Origin: a virus
Length of the DNA stretch: 64,000 nt
IMG/VR virus record: IMGVR_UViG_3300020472_001862
Location: 64,001 to 128,000 of that record
Strand: one strand, 5' to 3'
This document shows positions 9,704-19,215 of the stretch, piece by piece. How positions within the stretch are numbered: position 1 is the stretch's first letter; each line of letters opens with the position of its first letter. Both the position numbers and the translations under genes were made by a program. The notes beneath the pieces are model-generated. The model saw nothing but the letters and a program-made list of their open reading frames with translations. It made no database searches and was not told where the DNA came from.

Positions 9704-10036
9704 ATGGACGAACAATTAATTAATGAATATATTAACAACTTGGCTAATCAAGTAAATAACTTGACCCAAGAGAACATACTACTTAAAACTAGACTTAGTC
9801 TTTTAGAGAAAAGGGAACAAGAGAGGTTGACAGCAGAAGAGAAGAAGGAAGTTCCAACACAACCGGCACCAAAGAGTGAATACTCTACACCGCCGGAGGA
9901 ACAACCTAAGCCACAGGTGGAACAAATAGTTCCTAAAGAACCTGATTTTGTTAAAGGGCCTAAACCAAAAGGATATAATCCTAAGGTGGATGGACCAAGA
10001 CCTCTTATCCCTAATCCTAAAATAGCAGAGGAATAA
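9704..10036 (+). CDS. coiled-coil plus proline-rich protein
   Basis: Heptad N-term (LANQVNNLTQENILLKTRL), Pro-rich C-term. Confidence 0.7.
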   Translation: MDEQLINEYINNLANQVNNLTQENILLKTRLSLLEKREQERLTAEEKKEVPTQPAPKSEYSTPPEEQPKPQVEQIVPKEPDFVKGPKPKGYNPKVDGPRPLIPNPKIAEE

Positions 10037-10040
10037 TCAA

Positions 10041-10361
10041 ATGGCAACAGTAATAAAAATAAAGAGATCGGAAACAGCAAGTGATGCACCTACTACCAGT
10101 GATTTAGTTGCAGGTGAGGTAGCATTAAATACAGCAGATCAAGTTCTGTATGTAAGAGATTCTGGAGGTTCGATTGTTAAAGTTTCTAACTTTTCAGAAG
10201 TAGACCAATCTTTAGTTTTTCCTACTGGCGACTATGGAAGTGTGGCATCAGCGCTAGCAACAGACGCATTTGGCCAAACTATAGACAAAGTATTTGATTG
10301 TAATTCAAGTGTTAAGTATAGAGTAAGTGAAGTAGATCTCGGGTCGGATTCAGCAGTATAA
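10041..10361 (+). CDS. fibre module with IKIKRS..GEVALN N-terminal domain
   Basis: Paralogous N-terminus to 8290..9684. Confidence 0.7.
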   Translation: MATVIKIKRSETASDAPTTSDLVAGEVALNTADQVLYVRDSGGSIVKVSNFSEVDQSLVFPTGDYGSVASALATDAFGQTIDKVFDCNSSVKYRVSEVDLGSDSAV

Positions 10362-10375
10362 CAAGGAGACTATAG

Positions 10376-10630
10376 ATGACAGTTACAGTACAGTTTAGGA
10401 GAGGGACAACAGCACAGAACAATGCGTTCACTGGCTCGATTGGCGAACTTTCTGTAAACACTACAACAAATACTATTAGGGTCCATGATGGGAGTACAGC
10501 AGGCGGGCATGAGCTTATGAAGGCTGATGCCACAAATATTGATGGGAATGTACCCATAGGTAACATTTCAGGAACAATATCAGCTAGCGCATTGGATGAT
10601 GGGTCTAGCATAGACGGCGGAACATATTAA
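10376..10630 (+). CDS. Mtd-N-like fibre module (QFRRGTT..GELSV..VHDG), ends IDGGTY
   Basis: Classic major-tropism-determinant N-terminal-like motif; SD AAGGAG. Confidence 0.75.
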   Translation: MTVTVQFRRGTTAQNNAFTGSIGELSVNTTTNTIRVHDGSTAGGHELMKADATNIDGNVPIGNISGTISASALDDGSSIDGGTY

Positions 10631-10643
10631 TTAGGAGACAAAA

Positions 10644-11927
10644 ATGCCAACACAAGTACAATTTAGGAGAGGGACGACTACACAGAACGAATCCTTTACT
10701 GGTGCGGTAGGTGAACTTTCCGTAGATACTACGCTAGATACAGTTCGAGTACATGATGGTTCAACGGCAGGCGGTATAAGGCTAGCAAAATATTCTGAGA
10801 TACAATCAGGGGATATTACAGCAGTCGTAGCAGGCACAGGACTATCAGGAGGAGCTACTAGCGGAAGTGCTACAGTAAACTTATCACACTTAGGCTTAGA
10901 AAGCCTTTCAGACCCAAATGATGATCAGATAATATTTTGGGATGACTCAGCAGGAGCAACTGCATTTTTAGATTTAGGCACAGGTTTGTCTATATCAGGA
11001 ACAACAATTTCTGTAGGAACACTTAACCAAGATACTACAGGAAACGCAGCTACGGCAACAGCATTAGAAACAGCTAGGACTATAGGTGGTACATCATTTG
11101 ATGGTACTGCAAATATAGCAGTTGCATTAGCAGCAACAGCTACAACATTAGCAACAGCAAGAACAATAAACGGTGTAAGTTTTGATGGTAGTGCAAATGT
11201 AACTACATTAACAGCAGGCACAGGTGTTTCAGTTTCAGGCACAGCAGTTTCAATAGGACAAGCAGTAGCAACATCAGATGATGTTACATTTGCAGATGTA
11301 GCAGCAACAGGTAATGTTACTATTACAGGTAACTTAGATGTAAATGGAACAACTACAACCTTAGATTCAACTAACTCTACTATTGCAGATAGACTAATTG
11401 AATTAGGAAACGGAACAACAGGAACACCAGCAAACGATATGGGTCTGGTCTTTGAAAGAGGATCTTCAGACAATGCGTTTATTGGTTGGGACGAAAGTGC
11501 AGATAAATTCCTAGTAGGTACTGGCTCATTTACAGGTGCAAGTACAGGAGATTTAACAGTTACCACAGGAACACTTGTAGCAAACTTAGAAGGTAATGTT
11601 ACAGGTAATGTTACAGGTAACACAAGTGGAAGTTCAGGTTCATGTACAGGGAACGCAGCAACAGCTTCGGCACTTGCAACAGCAAGAACTTTATCGTTTA
11701 CAGGAGATGTTACAGGTACAGGAGACTTTGATGGCTCAGGTAACTTAGCAACTGCATTAACTATAGCAGCAAATAGTGTTGCATTAGGTACAGATACAAC
11801 AGGGAATTATATGGCACAAGTAAGTGGTGGAGATGGTATTACTATTTCTCACACGCAGAGCGAAGGCTCAACGGCTACAATTACTGGCACAGCAATATAT
11901 GATTCAAGTGGAACTAAATTAAATTAA
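10644..11927 (+). CDS. tail fibre protein with Mtd-N-like head and ATARTI..FDG repeats
   Basis: QFRRGTT..VHDG N-term, three (GN)AATAxxLxTARTx..FDG repeats, GNVTGNVTG. Confidence 0.75.
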   Translation: MPTQVQFRRGTTTQNESFTGAVGELSVDTTLDTVRVHDGSTAGGIRLAKYSEIQSGDITAVVAGTGLSGGATSGSATVNLSHLGLESLSDPNDDQIIFWDDSAGATAFLDLGTGLSISGTTISVGTLNQDTTGNAATATALETARTIGGTSFDGTANIAVALAATATTLATARTINGVSFDGSANVTTLTAGTGVSVSGTAVSIGQAVATSDDVTFADVAATGNVTITGNLDVNGTTTTLDSTNSTIADRLIELGNGTTGTPANDMGLVFERGSSDNAFIGWDESADKFLVGTGSFTGASTGDLTVTTGTLVANLEGNVTGNVTGNTSGSSGSCTGNAATASALATARTLSFTGDVTGTGDFDGSGNLATALTIAANSVALGTDTTGNYMAQVSGGDGITISHTQSEGSTATITGTAIYDSSGTKLN

Positions 11928-11939
11928 GGGTAGACGCAG

Positions 11940-12917
11940 ATGGCTTTAGCAAGTAGAACAGATTTACAGGATTATTGTTTAAGGAGACTTGGACACCCTG
12001 TAATTGAAATTAATGTTGACGATGCTCAACTCTCAGATCGTATAGACGATTCTTTGCAGTTCTTTCAAGAGTATCATTTCGATGGTGTTGAAAAGACATT
12101 CGTTAAACATCAAATTACAGGCTCCAAACTAAAGCTAACTGCTAACCTTGGTGGTAATTTTACAAAGGGAGAAACTTTAACAGGAGGAACTTCCGGTGCA
12201 ACTGCTCTATTTGATTCAACAGATTCAACAGCACAGTTTTTACTTATAGAACAAATTAAATCAGGAACCTTTGTAGCATCAGAAACAGTAACAGGTAATA
12301 TATCAGGAGCAACAGCAACATTAGGAGCAACAGATTTTTATACTAAAGGTGATATTGAAAACGGCTATTTGCCAATAAGTAACAATATCATAGGTATAAC
12401 CCGTGTCTTTAATTTTGGTGGAGCAGCTACAAACAATACAAAAGACGGACAACTGTTTGATCTAATGTATCAGTTTAGAATGAACGATCTATATAACTTA
12501 ATGGGAGCAGACATGATATATTATTCAGTCGTACAATCTCATTTAACAACATTGGAACAACTACTAGTAGGACAACGACAAATTCGTTGGAATAGAAAAA
12601 CAGACAGACTTTATATAGATACTGATTGGGATAAAACATACAATATAGGCGACTATGTAGTAGCAGAAGCTTATGCTATCCTTGATCCTTCTACATATAC
12701 AGAAGTTTATGATGATATGTTCCTAAAGAAATATACAACAGCATTATTTAAAAAACAATGGGGCGATAATCTGAAGAAATTTGCAGGTATTCAAATGCCA
12801 GGTGGTGTGACTTTAAACGGAGAAACCATTTATAACGAGGCAGTACAAGAGATACAAGCAATTGAACAGGAGATGCAACTTAAATACGAATTACCTCCTC
12901 AATTTATGATAGGTTAA
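11940..12917 (+). CDS. g13: neck protein gp13
   Basis: YCLRRLGHPVIEINV, QWGDNLKKF..PGGVTLNG; synteny. Confidence 0.93.
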   Translation: MALASRTDLQDYCLRRLGHPVIEINVDDAQLSDRIDDSLQFFQEYHFDGVEKTFVKHQITGSKLKLTANLGGNFTKGETLTGGTSGATALFDSTDSTAQFLLIEQIKSGTFVASETVTGNISGATATLGATDFYTKGDIENGYLPISNNIIGITRVFNFGGAATNNTKDGQLFDLMYQFRMNDLYNLMGADMIYYSVVQSHLTTLEQLLVGQRQIRWNRKTDRLYIDTDWDKTYNIGDYVVAEAYAILDPSTYTEVYDDMFLKKYTTALFKKQWGDNLKKFAGIQMPGGVTLNGETIYNEAVQEIQAIEQEMQLKYELPPQFMIG

Positions 12918-12921
12918 ACAC

Positions 12922-13671
12922 ATGGCCACAAATTTTTATTTCCAAAATGGCGGTGGTATAGGACAAACAGGCGAACAGCGCCTAATAGAAGATCTTATAA
13001 TCGAAAGTCTTAAAATATACGGACACGATACTTACTACTTGCCTAGAACAATAGTTAACAAAGATGACATCTTTGATGAGGACTCATTGTCTAGGTTCAC
13101 CCAAGCATATCCTTTAGAAATGTACTTAGAAAATGTACAAGGGTTTGAAGGCCAAGGAGATATATTTACAAGATTTGGAATGGAAGTTAGAGATCAAGCA
13201 ACTTTCGTACTAGCAAAAAGACGATGGGAGGACATGGTTACAAGGCAAGGTCCTGATGTAGCAAGGAAAGCCAGACCAGTAGAAGGAGATTTAATTTACT
13301 TTGAAAAAACTAAATCTTTATTCGAGATTAAATATGTAGATTTCCAAAATCCATTCTATCAGGCAAATAACATTTATGTATTTAAATTAACTTGTGAATT
13401 GTTCGAGTATAGTTCAGAGGATTTAGATACAGGTATTGCAACAATAGATGCAATAGAAACAAAATACTCTCAAGATATGTTGGAGTATCAATTTAAGAAA
13501 GAAGATGGTGGATTGTTCCTTAAGGAAGATGGCGGTAGTTTAATTACAGAAGCTTATCAAACAAGTGTATCAGAACCAATAGATAACGCAGACTTTGATA
13601 ACTTATTAACATTAGAAGGCATACTAGACTTTAGCGAATCTAATCCGTTTGGTGAGATAGGAGGCTCGTAA
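12922..13671 (+). CDS. g14: neck protein gp14
   Basis: YYLPR, RPVEGDLIY, CELFEYS, FSESNPFG. Confidence 0.93.
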   Translation: MATNFYFQNGGGIGQTGEQRLIEDLIIESLKIYGHDTYYLPRTIVNKDDIFDEDSLSRFTQAYPLEMYLENVQGFEGQGDIFTRFGMEVRDQATFVLAKRRWEDMVTRQGPDVARKARPVEGDLIYFEKTKSLFEIKYVDFQNPFYQANNIYVFKLTCELFEYSSEDLDTGIATIDAIETKYSQDMLEYQFKKEDGGLFLKEDGGSLITEAYQTSVSEPIDNADFDNLLTLEGILDFSESNPFGEIGGS

Positions 13672-14465
13672 TGTTTAGAGATAAGACATTCTATCATAGT
13701 CATGTAAGGAAAGCTATTATAGCTTTTGGTACAATATTCAATGATATAAACATAGAAAGAAAGAATTCATCGGGTGCAGTAGCACAAACATTAAGAGTGC
13801 CTTTAGCGTACTCTACAAAACAAAAGTTTTTAACTAGGATTGCCAGAGTAGCAGATACAAGTACTAGAGGAGAAGTAGCTCTTACTTTACCTAGAATGGG
13901 GTTTGAAATAAATGGTTTAAACTACGACCCAGGCAGGAAGGTAGCTCCTATAAATAGAACGAGAGTAGTAGGAGAAGGAGATGATACTAATACAGTTAGA
14001 TCTGTGTTTGCTTCTGCTCCGTGGAACATGGATTTAGCATTATATATATTTGCGAAGAACCAAAATGATGGATTAAATATAATAGAACAAATACTTCCTT
14101 ATTTTAATCCTGACTTTAATGTAACAATAAACGATCTCCCAGAAGTGGGAATTAAAAGAGATTTAAAAATAACTTTAGATAATGTTAATTATGAAGACGA
14201 ATATGAAGGCGAGTATGCGAACAGGATTAGTGTAATATGGACATTAAATTTTACTATGAGGCTTAATTTTTACAGTCATGTAGCAAATGTAGATGTTATT
14301 AAACAGGCAGTAATAGATGCTTATAGTGATCCTAACTTATCCTTAGATAAAGTAGCACTCTCAGCAGGAAGAGCAAGGGTTAAAGCAACTGTTGATCCTC
14401 AATCTGCAACACCAGCCGATGAATATAAGTTCTTGGAGGAATTTGATGAAGCGTTCGAAACATAG
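13671..14465 (+). CDS. g15: tail sheath stabiliser gp15
   Basis: FGTIFNDI, VPLAY..KQKF, LPRMGFE, EQILPYFNP. Confidence 0.93.
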   Translation: MFRDKTFYHSHVRKAIIAFGTIFNDINIERKNSSGAVAQTLRVPLAYSTKQKFLTRIARVADTSTRGEVALTLPRMGFEINGLNYDPGRKVAPINRTRVVGEGDDTNTVRSVFASAPWNMDLALYIFAKNQNDGLNIIEQILPYFNPDFNVTINDLPEVGIKRDLKITLDNVNYEDEYEGEYANRISVIWTLNFTMRLNFYSHVANVDVIKQAVIDAYSDPNLSLDKVALSAGRARVKATVDPQSATPADEYKFLEEFDEAFET

Positions 14466-14952
14466 CGGTTTTGAAGAATTAGATAAAAGTTTTAATACAA
14501 AAGAAATTACAAAAGCTTTAGAAACTAATTTAAGAAAAACTGAAGAAGAGAGACAACTCCCAGCAGTAGACATGTCAGAAGAAGAAAAAGATGCTCTACA
14601 TGCCAAACAACAAGAAGAAGACTTACAATACGCTAGAATGATGCTAAAACAAGCAGAGGCATTTAATGCTGAGGCAATAGAAGGCATATTACATATAGCA
14701 AGAAACTCAGACCAGCCTAGAGCATACGAAGTAGCAGGTGGATTAATTAAAAATCTACAGGATAATGCTAAAGACATGTTAGATGTACATGAAAAACAGA
14801 AAAGAATAACAGCAGATGACTCTAAAGGCAAACAAATTAAAACACAAAACAATATGTTCGTAGGTAGCACAAAAGATTTACTACAAGCATTAAAAGGCGA
14901 ACAAGCTAAAACAATAGAAGGCGAAATAGCAGAAGACGATGGCACGACCTGA
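14446..14952 (+). CDS. g16: terminase small subunit gp16
   Basis: PRAYEV, NNMFVGST; directly upstream of gp17. Confidence 0.9.
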   Translation: MKRSKHSGFEELDKSFNTKEITKALETNLRKTEEERQLPAVDMSEEEKDALHAKQQEEDLQYARMMLKQAEAFNAEAIEGILHIARNSDQPRAYEVAGGLIKNLQDNAKDMLDVHEKQKRITADDSKGKQIKTQNNMFVGSTKDLLQALKGEQAKTIEGEIAEDDGTT

Positions 14953-16600
14953 AGAAGTCTCATATCACGGTAATCCTAATCTTAAACCATTAGCATATCA
15001 GCACGATTTTACTAAAGAAGAAATTGCAGAGTATGTTAAATGTCAAAAAGATCCTAAGTATTTTATAGAAAACTATGTAAAGATTGTTACACTAGACAGA
15101 GGATTACAACCTTTTAAATTATTTGATTGTCAGAAAGGCAAAGTAGATCTCATAATGAATGAGAGAAAAGTAATTTTAATGGAAGGTAGACAGCAAGGTA
15201 AAACAGTAACAGCAGCTGCGTGTATATTACATTATACAATATTCCAAGAAGATAAGACAGTAGCTATAATGGCTAACAAAGCCTCAGCAGCGAGGGAAGT
15301 ATTAAACAGATACCAGATAATGTATGAGAATTTACCTTTGTGGATGCAACAAGGTGTTAGAGTATGGAATAAGGGTGATGTAGAATTAGAAAACAATAGT
15401 AAAGTACTCTCAGCAGCTACAACAGCATCCGCCATTCGAGGTAAATCAGTTAACTGGTTGTACATTGATGAGGCAGCAATCATACCTAACAACATAGCAG
15501 ACGAGTTCTTTACATCTGTTTATCCTACTATCTCAGCTGGTGAGACAACAAAGATTCTACTTACATCTACACCATTAGGCTACAATCACTTCTGGAAATT
15601 CTGGAATGAGGCAGAGAAAAAAGAAAACGGTTTTGAACACATGTTTATACCTTACTATGAGATACCAGGAAGAGATGAGAAGTGGTTAGAAGAACAAAAA
15701 GGACTCTTAGGTGAGGTAAAATTCAACCAAGAGGTAATGTGCGAGTTTCTAGGTTCAACAAATACTTTAATAAATGCTACAACAATTGGTAGATTAAGTA
15801 GTAAACCAGTAGAGTTTACAAATAATGGACTAGATATATATGAGAATCCTAAAGAAGGACATTACTACGCAATGGCATGTGATACTGCCAGAGGTATTGG
15901 TGGAGATTATTCTGCTTTTGTAGTCGTAGATATAACACAAATGCCTTATAAGGTTGTGGCAAAGTATAGAGACAACTCAATAGCCCCTATGTTATTTCCA
16001 GATGTAATTGGAAAGGTTGGTAGGGACTATAATAATGCTTTTATATTAGTAGAAGTAAACGATATAGGACAACAGGTAGTAGAAATACTACATCAAGAAG
16101 TAGAATATGAGAACATATTAAGCACAGTACAAGAACAAAACAGACAATATGTAAGTCCTGGCTTTGGTAAAGCAACAAAGTTAGGTGTAACTACTTCTAA
16201 ACAAGTTAAAAGACAAGGGTGTTTTACATTTAAGTCTTTACTAGAAGAACAAAAATTATTGATATTTGATGAACATATAATACATGAGATATCAACTTTT
16301 ATTGAGAAAGGCAATACATATCAAGCAGACGAAGGTTATCATGATGACTTAGTCATGTGTATGGTATTGTTTGGGTGGCTTACAAGTCAAAACTTCTTTA
16401 AGGATATGACAGATGTCAATGTTAGAGAAGGATTATATGGACAACAGATGGGAGAGATTGAAACTAATCTTACTCCATTTATTAAAATAGATGGCTCAGA
16501 GCCCGAAGTAGAAGTTATAGGAGATGATGTCTGGTTATTAGAAGATGAGTATAATCCAGGCAACTTGCAGAAGAAATTAAGAGATTTAATAAATAGATAA
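14939..16600 (+). CDS. g17: terminase large subunit gp17
   Basis: YHGNPNLK, RQQGKT Walker A, YIDEAA Walker B, STPLGYN, nuclease DTARG..DYSA, HDDLVM. Confidence 0.97.
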   Translation: MARPEEVSYHGNPNLKPLAYQHDFTKEEIAEYVKCQKDPKYFIENYVKIVTLDRGLQPFKLFDCQKGKVDLIMNERKVILMEGRQQGKTVTAAACILHYTIFQEDKTVAIMANKASAAREVLNRYQIMYENLPLWMQQGVRVWNKGDVELENNSKVLSAATTASAIRGKSVNWLYIDEAAIIPNNIADEFFTSVYPTISAGETTKILLTSTPLGYNHFWKFWNEAEKKENGFEHMFIPYYEIPGRDEKWLEEQKGLLGEVKFNQEVMCEFLGSTNTLINATTIGRLSSKPVEFTNNGLDIYENPKEGHYYAMACDTARGIGGDYSAFVVVDITQMPYKVVAKYRDNSIAPMLFPDVIGKVGRDYNNAFILVEVNDIGQQVVEILHQEVEYENILSTVQEQNRQYVSPGFGKATKLGVTTSKQVKRQGCFTFKSLLEEQKLLIFDEHIIHEISTFIEKGNTYQADEGYHDDLVMCMVLFGWLTSQNFFKDMTDVNVREGLYGQQMGEIETNLTPFIKIDGSEPEVEVIGDDVWLLEDEYNPGNLQKKLRDLINR

Positions 16601-16656
16601 TGTATTTACAATAAGAATGTCGTATTTACAAAATTGTAAGTCTAACTTTTGTCATG

Positions 16657-16664
16657 TATAAATA
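16657..16664 (+). promoter_or_regulatory. T4-type late promoter TATAAATA (gp18)
   Basis: Exact consensus upstream of the sheath gene. Confidence 0.85.
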
Positions 16665-16723
16665 GTAGGATGATAATAAAAACTTGTGTCATTCATAAGA
16701 TAATATAAACCGAGGAGAAAAAC

Positions 16724-18637
16724 ATGGCATTTCAGCTATCACCAGGTGTTCTTGTTAAGGAAACAGATCTTACTTCTGTTATTCCAGCAGTAGCTACTTC
16801 TATAGGAGCTTTTGTTGGTAATTTCAGATGGGGACCTGCCGGCGAGATCACAACAATTAGTACAGAAAACGAACTTGCAGCCAAGTTCGGACAGCCAGAT
16901 GACGCTACAGCAGTTGACTTTTTAACAGCAGCTTCATTCTTGGCCTATGGTAATAACCTTCAATTAGTTAGAGCTATTGACGATACAACAGCAGTTAATG
17001 CTGTAGCATCTGGCTCAGCGACACTAATTAAAAATGCAGAAGATTACGCATTAAACCATTCAACCGGTTCCGGTTCAAATGGTATGTGGGCAGCTAAATA
17101 TCCTGGCGTCTTAGGTAACTCACTTAAGGTTGCATTCGCAGATTCTAGTAATTTCGACACTAATTCAGTGGCGTCTACTACTATAACAGCAGGCGGAACA
17201 GGTTATACAAGCGCACCTACAGTTGCATTTACTGCACCTGGTTCAGGTGTTACTGCTACAGGTACTGCTACAATAAGTGGCGGAGCTGTTACAGCAATCA
17301 CTATTACAAACCCAGGTAATGGTTACACCAGCGCACCAACAATTTCATTCAGTGGCGGTGGAGGTTCTGGAGCAACAGCTACAGCAACACTAGCAACTGA
17401 TTGGGCATATAAAAATGAATTTGATAGAGCACCACTTACTTCTACAAAGGTAGCAATACAAGGCGGTTCAAACGACGAACTTCACATTGTTGTTATTGAC
17501 GAAGATGGAGCAATTTCAGGCGTAGTTAATACAGTCCTAGAAAGATTCTCTCATGTGTCTAAAGCATCAGATGCTAGAGGACTAGAAGGTGGTTCAATAT
17601 TCTACAAAGATGTAATTAACAATCAGTCACAGTATGTTTACTGGACAGATCATCCAGCAGGAGACGCTACTTGGGGAACAGCAGGTAACGCAACAGCATT
17701 TACATCAGGATTCACAACAGCAGAAGCAACAATTAGCCTTTCAGGTGGTGTTGATGACGCACCTGACTCAGGTGACTTACAAACAGCTTGGAGCTTGTTT
17801 GCAGATGCAGAACAAACAGACGTAAACCTTCTTATAACTGGAGCATTGAATACTACAGACCAAAAGTATGTACAAGATAACATTGCTAAAGTAAGAAAAG
17901 ATTGTGTTTCATTCCATTCACCAGTACTAGCCTCCGTTGTTAACAACTCAGGCTCAGAAGTATCATCCATTACTACAGATAAAGGGCAGTTAGCTGCTAC
18001 TTCATATAGTTTCATGGACGGCAACTGGAAATACATGTATGATCGTTATAACGATGTATACAGATGGGTTCCATTAAATGGAGACACAGCAGGTTTATGT
18101 GCAAGCACTGACGCAGAAGCAGATCCGTGGTTCTCACCAGCAGGATTTAACAGAGGACAGATTAGAAATGCTGTTAAACTAGCATGGAGTCCTACTAAAA
18201 CAAACAGAGACGAACTTTACAAAATTGGCGTAAACCCAATTATCAATAGCCCAGGAAATGGCATTGTATTGTTTGGAGACAAAACTCTATTAGCAGCACC
18301 TAGTGCGTTTGATAGAATTAATGTTCGTAGACTGTTCATTGTATTAGAGAAGGCAATTTCTACTTCAGCTAAATTCCAATTGTTTGAATTTAACGATGCT
18401 TTTACTAGGAATCAATTCACATCACTTGTTACACCTTTCTTAAGGAATGTACAAGGTAGACGTGGTATATTTGATTTTAAAGTAATATGTAACGAAAGTA
18501 ATAACACAGGACAAGTTATCGATAGCAACCAATTTGTTGCAGATATCTTCATTAAGCCTGCTCGTTCTATTAACTTTATTACATTAAACTTTATAGCTAC
18601 TAGAACAGACGTTAGTTTCGAAGAGATTGGCGGATAA
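16724..18637 (+). CDS. g18: tail sheath protein gp18
   Basis: [36 protein letters not shown]. Confidence 0.97.
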   Translation: MAFQLSPGVLVKETDLTSVIPAVATSIGAFVGNFRWGPAGEITTISTENELAAKFGQPDDATAVDFLTAASFLAYGNNLQLVRAIDDTTAVNAVASGSATLIKNAEDYALNHSTGSGSNGMWAAKYPGVLGNSLKVAFADSSNFDTNSVASTTITAGGTGYTSAPTVAFTAPGSGVTATGTATISGGAVTAITITNPGNGYTSAPTISFSGGGGSGATATATLATDWAYKNEFDRAPLTSTKVAIQGGSNDELHIVVIDEDGAISGVVNTVLERFSHVSKASDARGLEGGSIFYKDVINNQSQYVYWTDHPAGDATWGTAGNATAFTSGFTTAEATISLSGGVDDAPDSGDLQTAWSLFADAEQTDVNLLITGALNTTDQKYVQDNIAKVRKDCVSFHSPVLASVVNNSGSEVSSITTDKGQLAATSYSFMDGNWKYMYDRYNDVYRWVPLNGDTAGLCASTDAEADPWFSPAGFNRGQIRNAVKLAWSPTKTNRDELYKIGVNPIINSPGNGIVLFGDKTLLAAPSAFDRINVRRLFIVLEKAISTSAKFQLFEFNDAFTRNQFTSLVTPFLRNVQGRRGIFDFKVICNESNNTGQVIDSNQFVADIFIKPARSINFITLNFIATRTDVSFEEIGG

Positions 18638-18639
18638 CT

Positions 18640-18647
18640 TATAAATA
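18640..18647 (+). promoter_or_regulatory. late promoter TATAAATA (gp19)
   Basis: Exact consensus in the gp18-gp19 gap. Confidence 0.85.
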
Positions 18648-18671
18648 ACTATTAAGGAGTAGGAGAACAAC

Positions 18672-19184
18672 ATGCCTAATATAACAAATTTTAAAACAGC
18701 GTTAGCAAACGGCGGAGCTCGTCCTAACCAGTTTAAAGTTTTTATTCCATTTCCAACTGGAGAAGCGAATGAGAACGAACAACTGTTAGTTAGTGGAGCA
18801 GCTTTACCGGCTTCAACTGTTAATCCAGTGATTACACAGTATAGAGGTAGGGAAGTTAAGTTTGCAGGTGAAAGAATATTTGATCCGTGGACAATTACAA
18901 TTATTAATAACGAAAACCAAACTCTCAGAAGGTTATTTGAGGATTGGATGGAGTTAATTAATAATAAAGAGGATAACAGCGGCGAAACCGAATGGCTTCG
19001 TTACCAGCAGGATGTTATTGTTGAACATTTGGACAGGAACGATAAACCTTTAACCGGTGGTAAGTACAAATTGAAAGAGGCCTTCCCAATAAACATGTCA
19101 GAAATTGCATTACAGTATGCACAGAACGACATTATTGAAGAATTTACGGTTACATTTCAATATCAAACATACGAAGTCAGCTAG
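18672..19184 (+). CDS. g19: tail tube protein gp19
   Basis: GGARPNQF, RGREVKFAG, WTITIIN, IEEFTVTF. Confidence 0.95.
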   Translation: MPNITNFKTALANGGARPNQFKVFIPFPTGEANENEQLLVSGAALPASTVNPVITQYRGREVKFAGERIFDPWTITIINNENQTLRRLFEDWMELINNKEDNSGETEWLRYQQDVIVEHLDRNDKPLTGGKYKLKEAFPINMSEIALQYAQNDIIEEFTVTFQYQTYEVS

Positions 19185-19215
19185 TTTTAGACTAGTGTAC
19201 AAGGATATATAAATT

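Noticed and set aside
8472-11623. Long antisense ORFs (8763..9416, 10925..11623 and similar ones at 14361, 22907, 51695)
   Set aside because: Shadows of biased codon usage in well-supported plus-strand genes; no SD or recognisable motifs.
10376-11927. Diversity-generating retroelement suggested by Mtd-N-like domains
   Set aside because: No reverse transcriptase and no template/variable repeat pair with adenine-specific mismatches seen in the window.
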